A DNA stretch of 32,574 nt from a virus (Duplodnaviria > Caudoviricetes): positions 1 to 32,574 of the IMG/VR virus record IMGVR_UViG_3300027980_000078, one strand, 5' to 3'. Position 1 is the first letter of the stretch; every line of letters begins with the position of its first letter. The notes under the pieces are model-generated. The model was not told the origin of the DNA. It was given only the letters and a program-made list of their open reading frames with translations, and ran no database searches. Position numbers and translations under genes: made by a program. This document shows positions 8,516 through 15,658 of this stretch, piece by piece.

Positions 8516-8587
8516 CGAGGTGTCACTAGTTCGATTCTAGTACGCTCCTTATATATTGGAGCGTTAGCTCAGTAGGTAGAGCATTCG
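8516..8587 (+). ncRNA. Circularly permuted tRNA-like domain (T arm, loop-closed acceptor stem, D arm), YrlA-like topology
   Basis: ACTAG-TTCGATT-CTAGT T arm; ACGCTCC-ttatatatt-GGAGCGT acceptor hairpin; TA-GCTC-AGTAGGTA-GAGC-A D arm; TTCG/CGAG anticodon-stem equivalent. Confidence 0.85.
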
Positions 8588-8601
8588 GTGCCTATAATTA
8601 C

Positions 8602-8687
8602 TTCAAAGCTAAACGCTTAATGATTAAAGTTTATTTATTAAATGTTAAAGGTATTTTTTATTAAAGCTGAAAGACTAAAGAAAAAGG
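8602..8687 (+). repeat. Phased 7-nt degenerate repeat, consensus NTTAAAG
   Basis: TTCAAAG CTAAACG CTTAATG ATTAAAG TTTATTT ATTAAAT GTTAAAG [GTATTTTTT] ATTAAAG CTGAAAG ACTAAAG AAAAAGG. Confidence 0.75.
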
Positions 8688-8771
8688 TTTATAAAATCCT
8701 GGATAAAAGTTAAGGGTAATTACTCCCGTGAGTTTGTACCAGGCTGCGCACTCTGATTAAATTAATAGATT

Positions 8772-9032
8772 ATGATAAAAATAGATGATATACGAAAGAC
8801 GATTACTGGTAAATCTAAATATGCTAGAAAAGTAAAGGACAGGGAATTTAGATACCGTGTGTTAAATACTCCTTTATTTGGAGATATAACAATAGACGAG
8901 ACAGAGTCTGAATTTGATTTTTGGAAGAAAATATATAATAAAGCATATATTGAGGGATTAGAGGATGGGAAGAATTTACGGTCTGAACAAATACGAAACT
9001 TAATATTTCCAAACATTAAAGATATAGGATGA
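8772..9032 (+). CDS. Hypothetical protein
   Basis: 86 aa; AYIEGLEDGK motif common in small phage proteins. Confidence 0.65.
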   Translation: MIKIDDIRKTITGKSKYARKVKDREFRYRVLNTPLFGDITIDETESEFDFWKKIYNKAYIEGLEDGKNLRSEQIRNLIFPNIKDIG

Positions 9033-9265
9033 TGGCTATTAAAATGAAAATGTACGTATTAATAAAAACTCGCCACAAGAAGTTTGGTGGAAGCAAACCA
9101 ACTCCTCTGGGAAAAGTATCTAAAGGACTAATTGACCCAGAGCCACCAGTATTAGGGCGAGAATTTCAGTGCGGTTCTTTTATAACAAGGCGTGTTGTTA
9201 AGGAACTTGACTCAAATGGGTATTTTGAAACAACTCATTCTGTATACAAACTAGAGGAAATATAG
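9029..9265 (+). CDS. Hypothetical protein
   Basis: 78 aa, ATGA overlap with the upstream ORF. Confidence 0.65.
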   Translation: MMAIKMKMYVLIKTRHKKFGGSKPTPLGKVSKGLIDPEPPVLGREFQCGSFITRRVVKELDSNGYFETTHSVYKLEEI

Positions 9266-9282
9266 TATAAAATTATTGTAGT

Positions 9283-9441
9283 ATGACAAGCTATAAAGGC
9301 AAGGTAATGAATCACGGTTTTTACTGTGAGAGTTACACCGATTGGACTACTGGGTGTTCTACACAATGCGAATCGTGTAAAGACCAGGTGATTGAACGAC
9401 AAGCAGAAACTGAGAAAATTATTGAATCATTAAAATTGTAG
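9283..9441 (+). CDS. 52-aa Cys-containing protein
   Basis: Hand translation MTSYKGKVMNHGFYCESYTDWTTGCSTQCESCKDQV... Confidence 0.55.
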   Translation: MTSYKGKVMNHGFYCESYTDWTTGCSTQCESCKDQVIERQAETEKIIESLKL

Positions 9442-9444
9442 GTA

Positions 9445-9561
9445 ATGAAAACATTGTCAATATGCCACGACGCAGAAGTATTTGCAGAAGGAAATGTAAC
9501 AAGGTACTATGTTTGCATTGAGTGTGGTCAGCCTTGCTCTACCTACAACTCAACTACTTAG
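9445..9561 (+). CDS. 38-aa zinc-ribbon-like peptide
   Basis: Hand translation MKTLSICHDAEVFAEGNVTRYYVCIECGQPCSTYNSTT. Confidence 0.55.
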   Translation: MKTLSICHDAEVFAEGNVTRYYVCIECGQPCSTYNSTT

Positions 9562-9575
9562 AAAAATTATAGAAT

Positions 9576-9764
9576 ATGAAACAATGGAGAGTTAAAACTG
9601 GTTTTGAATGTGATGGATGTGGGTCTGATGCAATTGAAGTAAACACTACCGACGAATCACAAAATATGGTCTACGATGGGGATGAGGCAAAATGCACCGA
9701 ATGTGGACTAAAAGGCGGTGTTTGTATTGCCGAAGAACCGCACGCAATAATTCAATGGGATTAA
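9576..9764 (+). CDS. Small zinc-ribbon protein
   Basis: CDGC...CTEC. Confidence 0.7.
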   Translation: MKQWRVKTGFECDGCGSDAIEVNTTDESQNMVYDGDEAKCTECGLKGGVCIAEEPHAIIQWD

Positions 9765-9779
9765 TTTAAACTGCAGGAT

Positions 9780-9965
9780 ATGAGTTACGACCTAACCAAA
9801 CTAAAAAGATCACAATGTAAGAAGTGCGGAGGAATCCAAAGACCTAAACCACACTACGAACCAACTGGCACTTTGAAAATATGTAGATGTAAAAACAACT
9901 ATTGGTATGGCAATAGATTAATTAACGAAAGAACAAAAGGAACGATTAATCGTTTTGAAGTATGA
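9780..9965 (+). CDS. Small Cys-containing protein
   Basis: CKKC...CRC. Confidence 0.6.
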   Translation: MSYDLTKLKRSQCKKCGGIQRPKPHYEPTGTLKICRCKNNYWYGNRLINERTKGTINRFEV

Positions 9966-10099
9966 AAATAGGAGAAATGAAAACTTATGAAGTCAGTGGG
10001 TTTAGCCCAGAACTTAGTTTAATGAAAAAGATAAATGAACTAGTTAAAGAGGTAAATAAGTTAAACCAGGAGGTTAAGGGATTAAAAAACACTTTATAA
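9962..10099 (+). CDS. 45-aa coiled-coil peptide
   Basis: Hand translation MKIGEMKTYEVSGFSPELSLMKKINELVKEVNKLNQEVKGLKNTL; ATGA overlap. Confidence 0.5.
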   Translation: MKIGEMKTYEVSGFSPELSLMKKINELVKEVNKLNQEVKGLKNTL

Positions 10100-10101
10100 T
10101 T

Positions 10102-10566
10102 ATGAAAATCAATAAAGAGAATATATCAACAGGAAATTTTGAAGTAGAAAATGTAACCACTCACACAGGAGATTTTTATAGGGTGAAACAACCTCAAGGA
10201 GTTTCTATATGTAATGTAACTACTCGGAATTGGATGATTGCTCAGGCCAATGCATATTTTATTGCCGAAGCCTTCAACGAATTTACCGAATCAGGAATGA
10301 CGCCTAAAGAACTTAATAGAGCGTATAATATAGCTGAAAAAGGACGAGTAAAATATACTGAAAGCTGGCAAACGGCTTTGGATGAACTACATGAAGCAAA
10401 AAGAAAAATCGAACAACTCCAACAGCAAAGGGATGAATTAGAAAAACTAATAAAACATCACACCCACCATATTATAGATGAAAACGGAAATAAATGGCAA
10501 GTATTAGAATTATCAGATGTAGAATTAGCCCTAAACACCCAACAAGAAGAAAAGAAAGATGAATAG
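10102..10566 (+). CDS. Hypothetical protein with C-terminal coiled coil
   Basis: AQANAYFIAEAFN...GMTPKEL resembles the common phage ANAxLIAxA motif. Confidence 0.7.
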   Translation: MKINKENISTGNFEVENVTTHTGDFYRVKQPQGVSICNVTTRNWMIAQANAYFIAEAFNEFTESGMTPKELNRAYNIAEKGRVKYTESWQTALDELHEAKRKIEQLQQQRDELEKLIKHHTHHIIDENGNKWQVLELSDVELALNTQQEEKKDE

Positions 10567-10792
10567 TAAAATATACAGATGTGGATGGTGCGGGACACCC
10601 ACAGATAAAAACGGATATACTCTTAGCGATAATGCTTTTAAGAAAGCCGTGAATATAATTGAAACCTATGGGGATTATCGAACCCATAAAACACACGGAG
10701 ACTGCTGTATTCGCCAACAAACTCAAATGAGGATAACAAAGGATATGGCTACTGACGCAGGCGAACCATCATTAGAAGGACAATTAATTTAA
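10559..10792 (+). CDS. Small putative zinc-binding protein
   Basis: CGWCG...HGDCC. Confidence 0.65.
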   Translation: MNSKIYRCGWCGTPTDKNGYTLSDNAFKKAVNIIETYGDYRTHKTHGDCCIRQQTQMRITKDMATDAGEPSLEGQLI

Positions 10793-10812
10793 TCAAAAAA
10801 AGATGAACAGTC

Positions 10813-11001
10813 ATGAAACAATTACAAGAGCAATTATGCATAAGCGGTGTTAGAACACGTTTATTTGAATGTATTTACTACAACCATACAGGAAACGTAA
10901 AGCAAAGATGTGAGATAAAAGCAAGAACAATTGATGAAGCTCAAACGCATTTTAAGTTCTTTTACCCAAAGAAATTACTATGGAAAATAAACGCACTTTA
11001 A
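10813..11001 (+). CDS. Hypothetical protein with cassette-like boundaries
   Basis: 62 aa; imperfect inverted repeat at 10844-10863 / 10999-11018. Confidence 0.6.
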   Translation: MKQLQEQLCISGVRTRLFECIYYNHTGNVKQRCEIKARTIDEAQTHFKFFYPKKLLWKINAL

Positions 11002-11046
11002 ATGGGTGCTAACCCCGCACCCCACAAAACATAAAAGAATAAGATT

Positions 11047-11277
11047 ATGAAAATAACTAAAAACAAAAATGGAGGATTAACTATTGATGGATTAGGAAGA
11101 ACTATAATCCATTTAGTTGAAGGAGTAGATGGGTCAGCCGAAAACTTTAGTGTAGAATTTCCAGAGACTGAACTTACTGGTGTCAATTATCCAAATAACG
11201 AACTTACTGGGTTTACAGTTTATTATCATAAAGATGAAGAAACTCGAAATAAAGCCGTAAATACTATATGGGAATAA
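11047..11277 (+). CDS. Hypothetical protein
   Basis: 76 aa in operon context. Confidence 0.65.
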   Translation: MKITKNKNGGLTIDGLGRTIIHLVEGVDGSAENFSVEFPETELTGVNYPNNELTGFTVYYHKDEETRNKAVNTIWE

Positions 11278-11308
11278 AAAACACTAATAATATTAAATAA
11301 TCTTATAT

Positions 11309-11656
11309 ATGTCAGAAGATAGGTTATCTCAAGAATGTTATTTATCCTTTCATAATAAATATCCTCAATATCGTGGATTATTGTTTCATGTTCCGAACGG
11401 AGGAGCAAGAGATGCTAGAGAAGGAGCTAAATTTAAGTCAATGGGAGTTTTTCGTGGTGTTTGTGATTATATACTATTATGGAATAAAAAAATATATTTA
11501 ATAGAGCTTAAAACAGAGGAGGGTAGACAGAGCAAAGACCAACTATACTGGCAAAACTTAGTTGAGAAACATGGTTTTGAGTATTCTATAATAAAGGATA
11601 GCACTCAATTTATTAAATACATAGAGTCTATTATATTAGAAGCCGATGGAGAATAA
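11309..11656 (+). CDS. VRR-NUC domain nuclease
   Basis: LFHVPNGG...GVFRGVCDYILL...IELKTEEGRQSKDQ. Confidence 0.9.
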   Translation: MSEDRLSQECYLSFHNKYPQYRGLLFHVPNGGARDAREGAKFKSMGVFRGVCDYILLWNKKIYLIELKTEEGRQSKDQLYWQNLVEKHGFEYSIIKDSTQFIKYIESIILEADGE

Positions 11657-11951
11657 AAAAAACAACGTTGAAATAGATATAAACAAAGCAATATCTGTTT
11701 GTTTAAAAAACAACACGAAATGCTACCCAATCGTACTTTCTAAGGGCTTAGGATTTAAAATAGAGGTATCAATAAAGGATAAAATATATACCTTTGATAA
11801 AAGGCTTAAAAACAACAAAGAGGCTATCATTGCTCAAGAAAAGACTTATATTTTTTACGCAAAAAAATATATTAAAGCAGAAGAAGAAAAAGAATTGCAA
11901 AAAACCGAACCCCCACTAACCTCCAAAAACAACAGTAAAAAGAAAGGCTAG
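11646..11951 (+). CDS. Hypothetical protein
   Basis: 101 aa; last plus-strand gene, overlaps the convergent late gene by 36 nt. Confidence 0.65.
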   Translation: MENKKNNVEIDINKAISVCLKNNTKCYPIVLSKGLGFKIEVSIKDKIYTFDKRLKNNKEAIIAQEKTYIFYAKKYIKAEEEKELQKTEPPLTSKNNSKKKG

Positions 11952-12365
11952 AACAGCACCTATTCCAAGACCCTTAAAGAAGTTACCATTCTTTTTTTTA
12001 ATTTTTGACTTATAAAAAACCCTATCTAATTCATTTTTTTCTTCTAAAATACTGTTCTTATCTTTTTCCTCTTTTATAATTCTATGTAATGATGGGATAG
12101 AAACATCCCTGTATTCCCTGTTTTTTTCAGCTCTAAGAGCATTTTCCTTAATTAAGCTATCTACTAGCGAAGACTGCTCTAAAAACAGCTTACGATACTC
12201 AGAACCCTCCCTAAGCTGATTTCCTATTGCGACAGTAGCTTTTTTATCTAAAGTTGTTTTTTCTGTTATAGAATCTATCAACACTATCTGCGATACGCTT
12301 TGCGTTGTTAATGTAAGAAGAATCAACATCGATAAAAATAATAGTCTCTTTCCAACGAATTTCAT
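11916..12365 (-). CDS. Lysis-module protein (signal peptide, coiled coil, C-terminal hydrophobic segment), spanin-like
   Basis: Downstream of endolysin; 122-nt overlap with the upstream membrane gene. Confidence 0.55.
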   Translation of the reverse strand: MKFVGKRLLFLSMLILLTLTTQSVSQIVLIDSITEKTTLDKKATVAIGNQLREGSEYRKLFLEQSSLVDSLIKENALRAEKNREYRDVSIPSLHRIIKEEKDKNSILEEKNELDRVFYKSKIKKKNGNFFKGLGIGAVLAFLFTVVFGG

Positions 12366-12654
12366 TTTTTCTGTTTCTATTTAATGACTCTAAAGAGTTT
12401 ACCAAAGTGTCTAGTTCATATATATATTTTTCTGACTCGGCTAATATATTCTCATGGCTCTTTATTATAGAGTCTTTGGATTTTAATATTGAGTCAAGTG
12501 TCTGGTTTTTATTCTTATAATATTTTGATGTAAGACCTATACCACCCCCAATACTTCCTAAAAAAACAACAATCATTAGAGCGATTAACAACCATTGAAT
12601 TTGCTTTGATTTGTTTATTTTAGTTATATCGTCCATCTTATTACCTCCGTACAT
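12244..12654 (-). CDS. Inner-membrane spanin-like protein
   Basis: N-terminal TM (WLLIALMIVVFLGSIGGGIGL) then coiled coil; follows endolysin. Confidence 0.55.
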   Translation of the reverse strand: MYGGNKMDDITKINKSKQIQWLLIALMIVVFLGSIGGGIGLTSKYYKNKNQTLDSILKSKDSIIKSHENILAESEKYIYELDTLVNSLESLNRNRKNEIRWKETIIFIDVDSSYINNAKRIADSVDRFYNRKNNFR

Positions 12655-13205
12655 TTAGTTAAGTCTACAACTCGTATAGAGTTAGGTTCTGTATTATATT
12701 CTAACGTGTCCATGTGAAGCCATCCTTTAGTTATAGATATATCTTCAAGCCTTCTTAATCCAAGAGAATAAAATTCTTTAGCATTTTCCCTAACTATATT
12801 CATAAATATAATCTGATTTCCTTTCGGGTCTATTGCCTGTCCTTTTCCTTCAATAGAATTGCCTTTTTTACCAGTTAGTCTATGAGCAGATTTAGAACTT
12901 CCGATAGAGGTTCTATCTGTTCTTATTCCAGACCACTTTGAGCAAGAAGAGGATTTCTCTATTGACCTTACTATTTTCATAAGAGGCCACTCTAGTTTAT
13001 ATTTTTGATAATACCACCACCAGTTGTTAATTCGTATGCCTTTACCATATTTATCTCTTAGTAGTTGAGCTATTTCAAATAATCTATGGTCTATAAGGTT
13101 TATACCACCTCCGTTTGTATAAAAATAAGTGTAAGGGTCTACAAACTCATCTAAATAGAAATTTTCAGAAACCTTGATTCTTTTCATTATATCGTTTTTT
13201 AACAT
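12624..13205 (-). CDS. Endolysin, peptidase M15-like (LAS fold)
   Basis: SENFYLDEFV, INNW, SGIR, SAH...GQAID, WLHMD. Confidence 0.8.
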   Translation of the reverse strand: MLKNDIMKRIKVSENFYLDEFVDPYTYFYTNGGGINLIDHRLFEIAQLLRDKYGKGIRINNWWWYYQKYKLEWPLMKIVRSIEKSSSCSKWSGIRTDRTSIGSSKSAHRLTGKKGNSIEGKGQAIDPKGNQIIFMNIVRENAKEFYSLGLRRLEDISITKGWLHMDTLEYNTEPNSIRVVDLTKCTEVIRWTI

Positions 13206-13208
13206 TAT

Positions 13209-13646
13209 TTATTGTGTTTTTAAAGACAATAACATAGTTTCAATTTGTTTGAGCCGAACTTCGTGTTTTATCTGACCCTCTGTTAATTCTTTAAATAAAT
13301 CACTTCTTAAATTTAACTCAGCTGTATTTGAGTTGATTTGTTTAATTAGTGGTTCAATTTTAGTGTCGAAATGTTCTTTTGTAAATCTAGGCTCTTCTAT
13401 GAATTTATTTATTTTGTCAAAAGACTCTTTTGTGTATCTATTTTCAATTTCATTACCTATTTTTATATTTGAAACTTCCTGTTTAACTACGTTTGTTGTA
13501 TTAAAAATCCACATAATAGCAGCGATAGAAAGAGCAGATGCTGCTTTTGAAGCACCTTCTAAAAGTTTACTTGCATCTCCCTTTTTGGGGTTGAGTGCTT
13601 TTATAGCCTCTAGCAGCTCTTGATTTTCCTTATTCATATCCTGCAA
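13209..13646 (-). CDS. Single-TM coiled-coil protein (holin-associated)
   Basis: Hydrophobic AASALSIAAIMWIF; lies between holin-like gene and endolysin. Confidence 0.55.
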   Translation of the reverse strand: MQDMNKENQELLEAIKALNPKKGDASKLLEGASKAASALSIAAIMWIFNTTNVVKQEVSNIKIGNEIENRYTKESFDKINKFIEEPRFTKEHFDTKIEPLIKQINSNTAELNLRSDLFKELTEGQIKHEVRLKQIETMLLSLKTQ

Positions 13647-13649
13647 TTA

Positions 13650-13913
13650 TTATTCTACTTTTTTAGTTGTTTTTTCTTTTTCATCATAATAATAACCTTT
13701 ATTGGATTGAACTATATCACGACCCTTTCTGGCAATAACTAGACCGCTAAAACCACCAGCAAAAGTACCTCCAACCAACTGAGCTAAAGCAAGGACTGTT
13801 GCCGAATCGTATTTCCATCTCATTCCAAAATACATAATTGTTAACGCTTGTAAAGTACATGCTAATATACCAATTAATAATATTTGTACTGATATTGACA
13901 TTATAGCTTTCAT
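13650..13913 (-). CDS. Holin-like protein
   Basis: 87 aa, two hydrophobic segments and a charged C-terminus. Confidence 0.6.
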   Translation of the reverse strand: MKAIMSISVQILLIGILACTLQALTIMYFGMRWKYDSATVLALAQLVGGTFAGGFSGLVIARKGRDIVQSNKGYYYDEKEKTTKKVE

Positions 13914-14446
13914 ATCTTTCCTATTATTGATATCATTGTATCGGTTCGTGTTTTCTTATTGTCTTCTCGTAATATCCCCTCTGCCTGAAATATATTATAA
14001 TTAACACCTACTCCGAGATATTCCGTTACCATGTATTGTATCTCGAAGTTCAACCCCACCATTAGGGTAGAATTAGAGTACTTTTTATAGTGGTAGGGAT
14101 TGGTGTAATCGTAGTTCGGGTCTTTGCGGTAAATCGTGAAGGTTTCCACTCCTGCGTAACAGTCTAACACCGATATTTTACGCTTGTAAGCCAACTCTAA
14201 CCAAGTGGCTTTAGTATAATCAATAGCAGGGTGTATCTCTACCCTGTGAGCTACCCTATAACCGTTGTTACCTTTCTCCTTTTCCCACCCTATGGATAGT
14301 TCAGCGTTGTAAGTAGTGCCTATATCGTTGGGTTTACCTGCGTATGGACCAGATACCGCCATTTTCATATCCTGTGAGTACTGGATAAAATAGGTTTGCG
14401 AGAAGCCTATAAATGGTATTAAAAAAAATAATATTCTCATAAACAT
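13910..14446 (-). CDS. Secreted protein, probable outer-membrane beta-barrel
   Basis: Bacteroidetes-type signal peptide (MRILFFLIPFIGFS-Q), alternating strands (YNAELSIGW, VGLNFEIQYMV, LGVGVNYNI, DTMISIIGKI). Confidence 0.6.
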   Translation of the reverse strand: MFMRILFFLIPFIGFSQTYFIQYSQDMKMAVSGPYAGKPNDIGTTYNAELSIGWEKEKGNNGYRVAHRVEIHPAIDYTKATWLELAYKRKISVLDCYAGVETFTIYRKDPNYDYTNPYHYKKYSNSTLMVGLNFEIQYMVTEYLGVGVNYNIFQAEGILREDNKKTRTDTMISIIGKI

Positions 14447-14452
14447 ATAAAT

Positions 14453-15334
14453 TTATTCTTTCCTAAAAGTCATCTGAACAATCATTCGTCTTGATTGTCC
14501 TTTATGAACCCATCCAACACTATCTCCAGCATTTATAACAACGTCTTCAAAACCACTTGTTATTACTTGCCTTCCATAAGAATATGAGCCTTTCGGTATA
14601 TACTTAGAGTCTAACAATATAGATGCTCCTGTAACGCTATTTATAGTTCCTGGGTTCTTATAATGCTTCCCTATTCCTAAATATATTTGAGCAGAACCAG
14701 ACCTTATATATGGGTCTGGCAAAACAACATCAACCCTAACTAACCTACAATCCCAGGGAGCTACAAATCCATCGTAAACTTTTACAGAAGATGTGTTTCC
14801 ATGCTGAAATACAGATAGTAAATCAGAATATCCAGAATCTCCATATACTCTATCGTACCAATTTGTAAAAGTTGTTCCTGTGTTTACTTGTCCGTCGCTA
14901 TTTATTTCTAAAGCATCTCCACCGCCTCCTCCTCCACCAGAAAGAGCTGCTATTGCTTGAGCAATACGAAGTGGATTCCATCTTTTAATATCGGTAGATA
15001 CTCCAGCTTCCGCATCAACCTGAGAGACAACTTCTACTTGATTGTTGTAAGCAGTCTCAATTTCTTCGTCTGTTTGGTCTGAGGTAGCACCACTTTCTAT
15101 ACCATCTAGTTTTGTTTTATCTGCGCTAGATAAATATTTATTTGTAGAACCCTCTGTTATTTGGTCTGAGTTATAGTCTCCGCTAGAAGCTACTATATTT
15201 CCATTACGTCCGAATACAGAAAAAACAGAGTTTTCTAAATCAGCTGTTGATTTTACTTGTAATGATACTATTTCTTGTGTATTACCGTTACCAATATATT
15301 CTCCATTACTTTTTTGTTGTTGAGTTAAGTACAT
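14453..15334 (-). CDS. Tail fibre protein
   Basis: VFSVFGRNG, DQITEGSTNKY, DKTKLDGIESGATSDQT fibre motifs, poly-Gly hinge, C-terminal beta-rich domain; start uncertain. Confidence 0.75.
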   Translation of the reverse strand: MYLTQQQKSNGEYIGNGNTQEIVSLQVKSTADLENSVFSVFGRNGNIVASSGDYNSDQITEGSTNKYLSSADKTKLDGIESGATSDQTDEEIETAYNNQVEVVSQVDAEAGVSTDIKRWNPLRIAQAIAALSGGGGGGGDALEINSDGQVNTGTTFTNWYDRVYGDSGYSDLLSVFQHGNTSSVKVYDGFVAPWDCRLVRVDVVLPDPYIRSGSAQIYLGIGKHYKNPGTINSVTGASILLDSKYIPKGSYSYGRQVITSGFEDVVINAGDSVGWVHKGQSRRMIVQMTFRKE

Positions 15335-15656
15335 TTACAGTACCTCCAACGTATGTTTTTGTTCTTCCGTCTGACAATAAAATCTCTATATCATAATAAT
15401 ATATACCAGGTGGCCAGTCCAAAACATCTATTTGGTCTATTTCTAATTTACCTCCTTCGGCGTCAGATAACGTTAAACCACTTCCAATAGTTAGCTCGGT
15501 CTGTATATCACCGTTTTGACTATCTCTTCTAAATTGACATGTTGCGGTTGCTCCAGTTAAATCAATATACGTCTCTGATGTTTCACCGTAAAAAGAAAAA
15601 ACAACTTTCTCAAATGTATCTCCATTTATTCTATCTTCTAAGTCTTTTCGCACCAT
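15306..15656 (-). CDS. BppU N-terminal-like baseplate/fibre adaptor
   Basis: GDTF...IDLTGAT...G.YYYDIEI...TYVGG pattern. Confidence 0.7.
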   Translation of the reverse strand: MVRKDLEDRINGDTFEKVVFSFYGETSETYIDLTGATATCQFRRDSQNGDIQTELTIGSGLTLSDAEGGKLEIDQIDVLDWPPGIYYYDIEILLSDGRTKTYVGGTVNVLNSTTKK

Positions 15657-15658
15657 AA

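Larger units (their letters stand above)
8414..8757 (+). ncRNA. Putative ~345-nt structured ncRNA with permuted tRNA-like module and heptamer array
   Basis: ATCGGAGTGCG (8414-8424) pairs with CGCACTCTGAT (8747-8757); internal stems 8449-8468, 8480-8498, 8516-8587, 8698-8743; fills the whole intergenic gap. Confidence 0.8.

Noticed and set aside
8516-8587. Conventional tRNA gene
   Set aside because: Halves are in reverse order, there is no CCA end, and the 5' half is not followed by an anticodon loop and T arm.
8602-8687. CRISPR array
   Set aside because: Units are 7 nt and degenerate, with no repeat-spacer structure.
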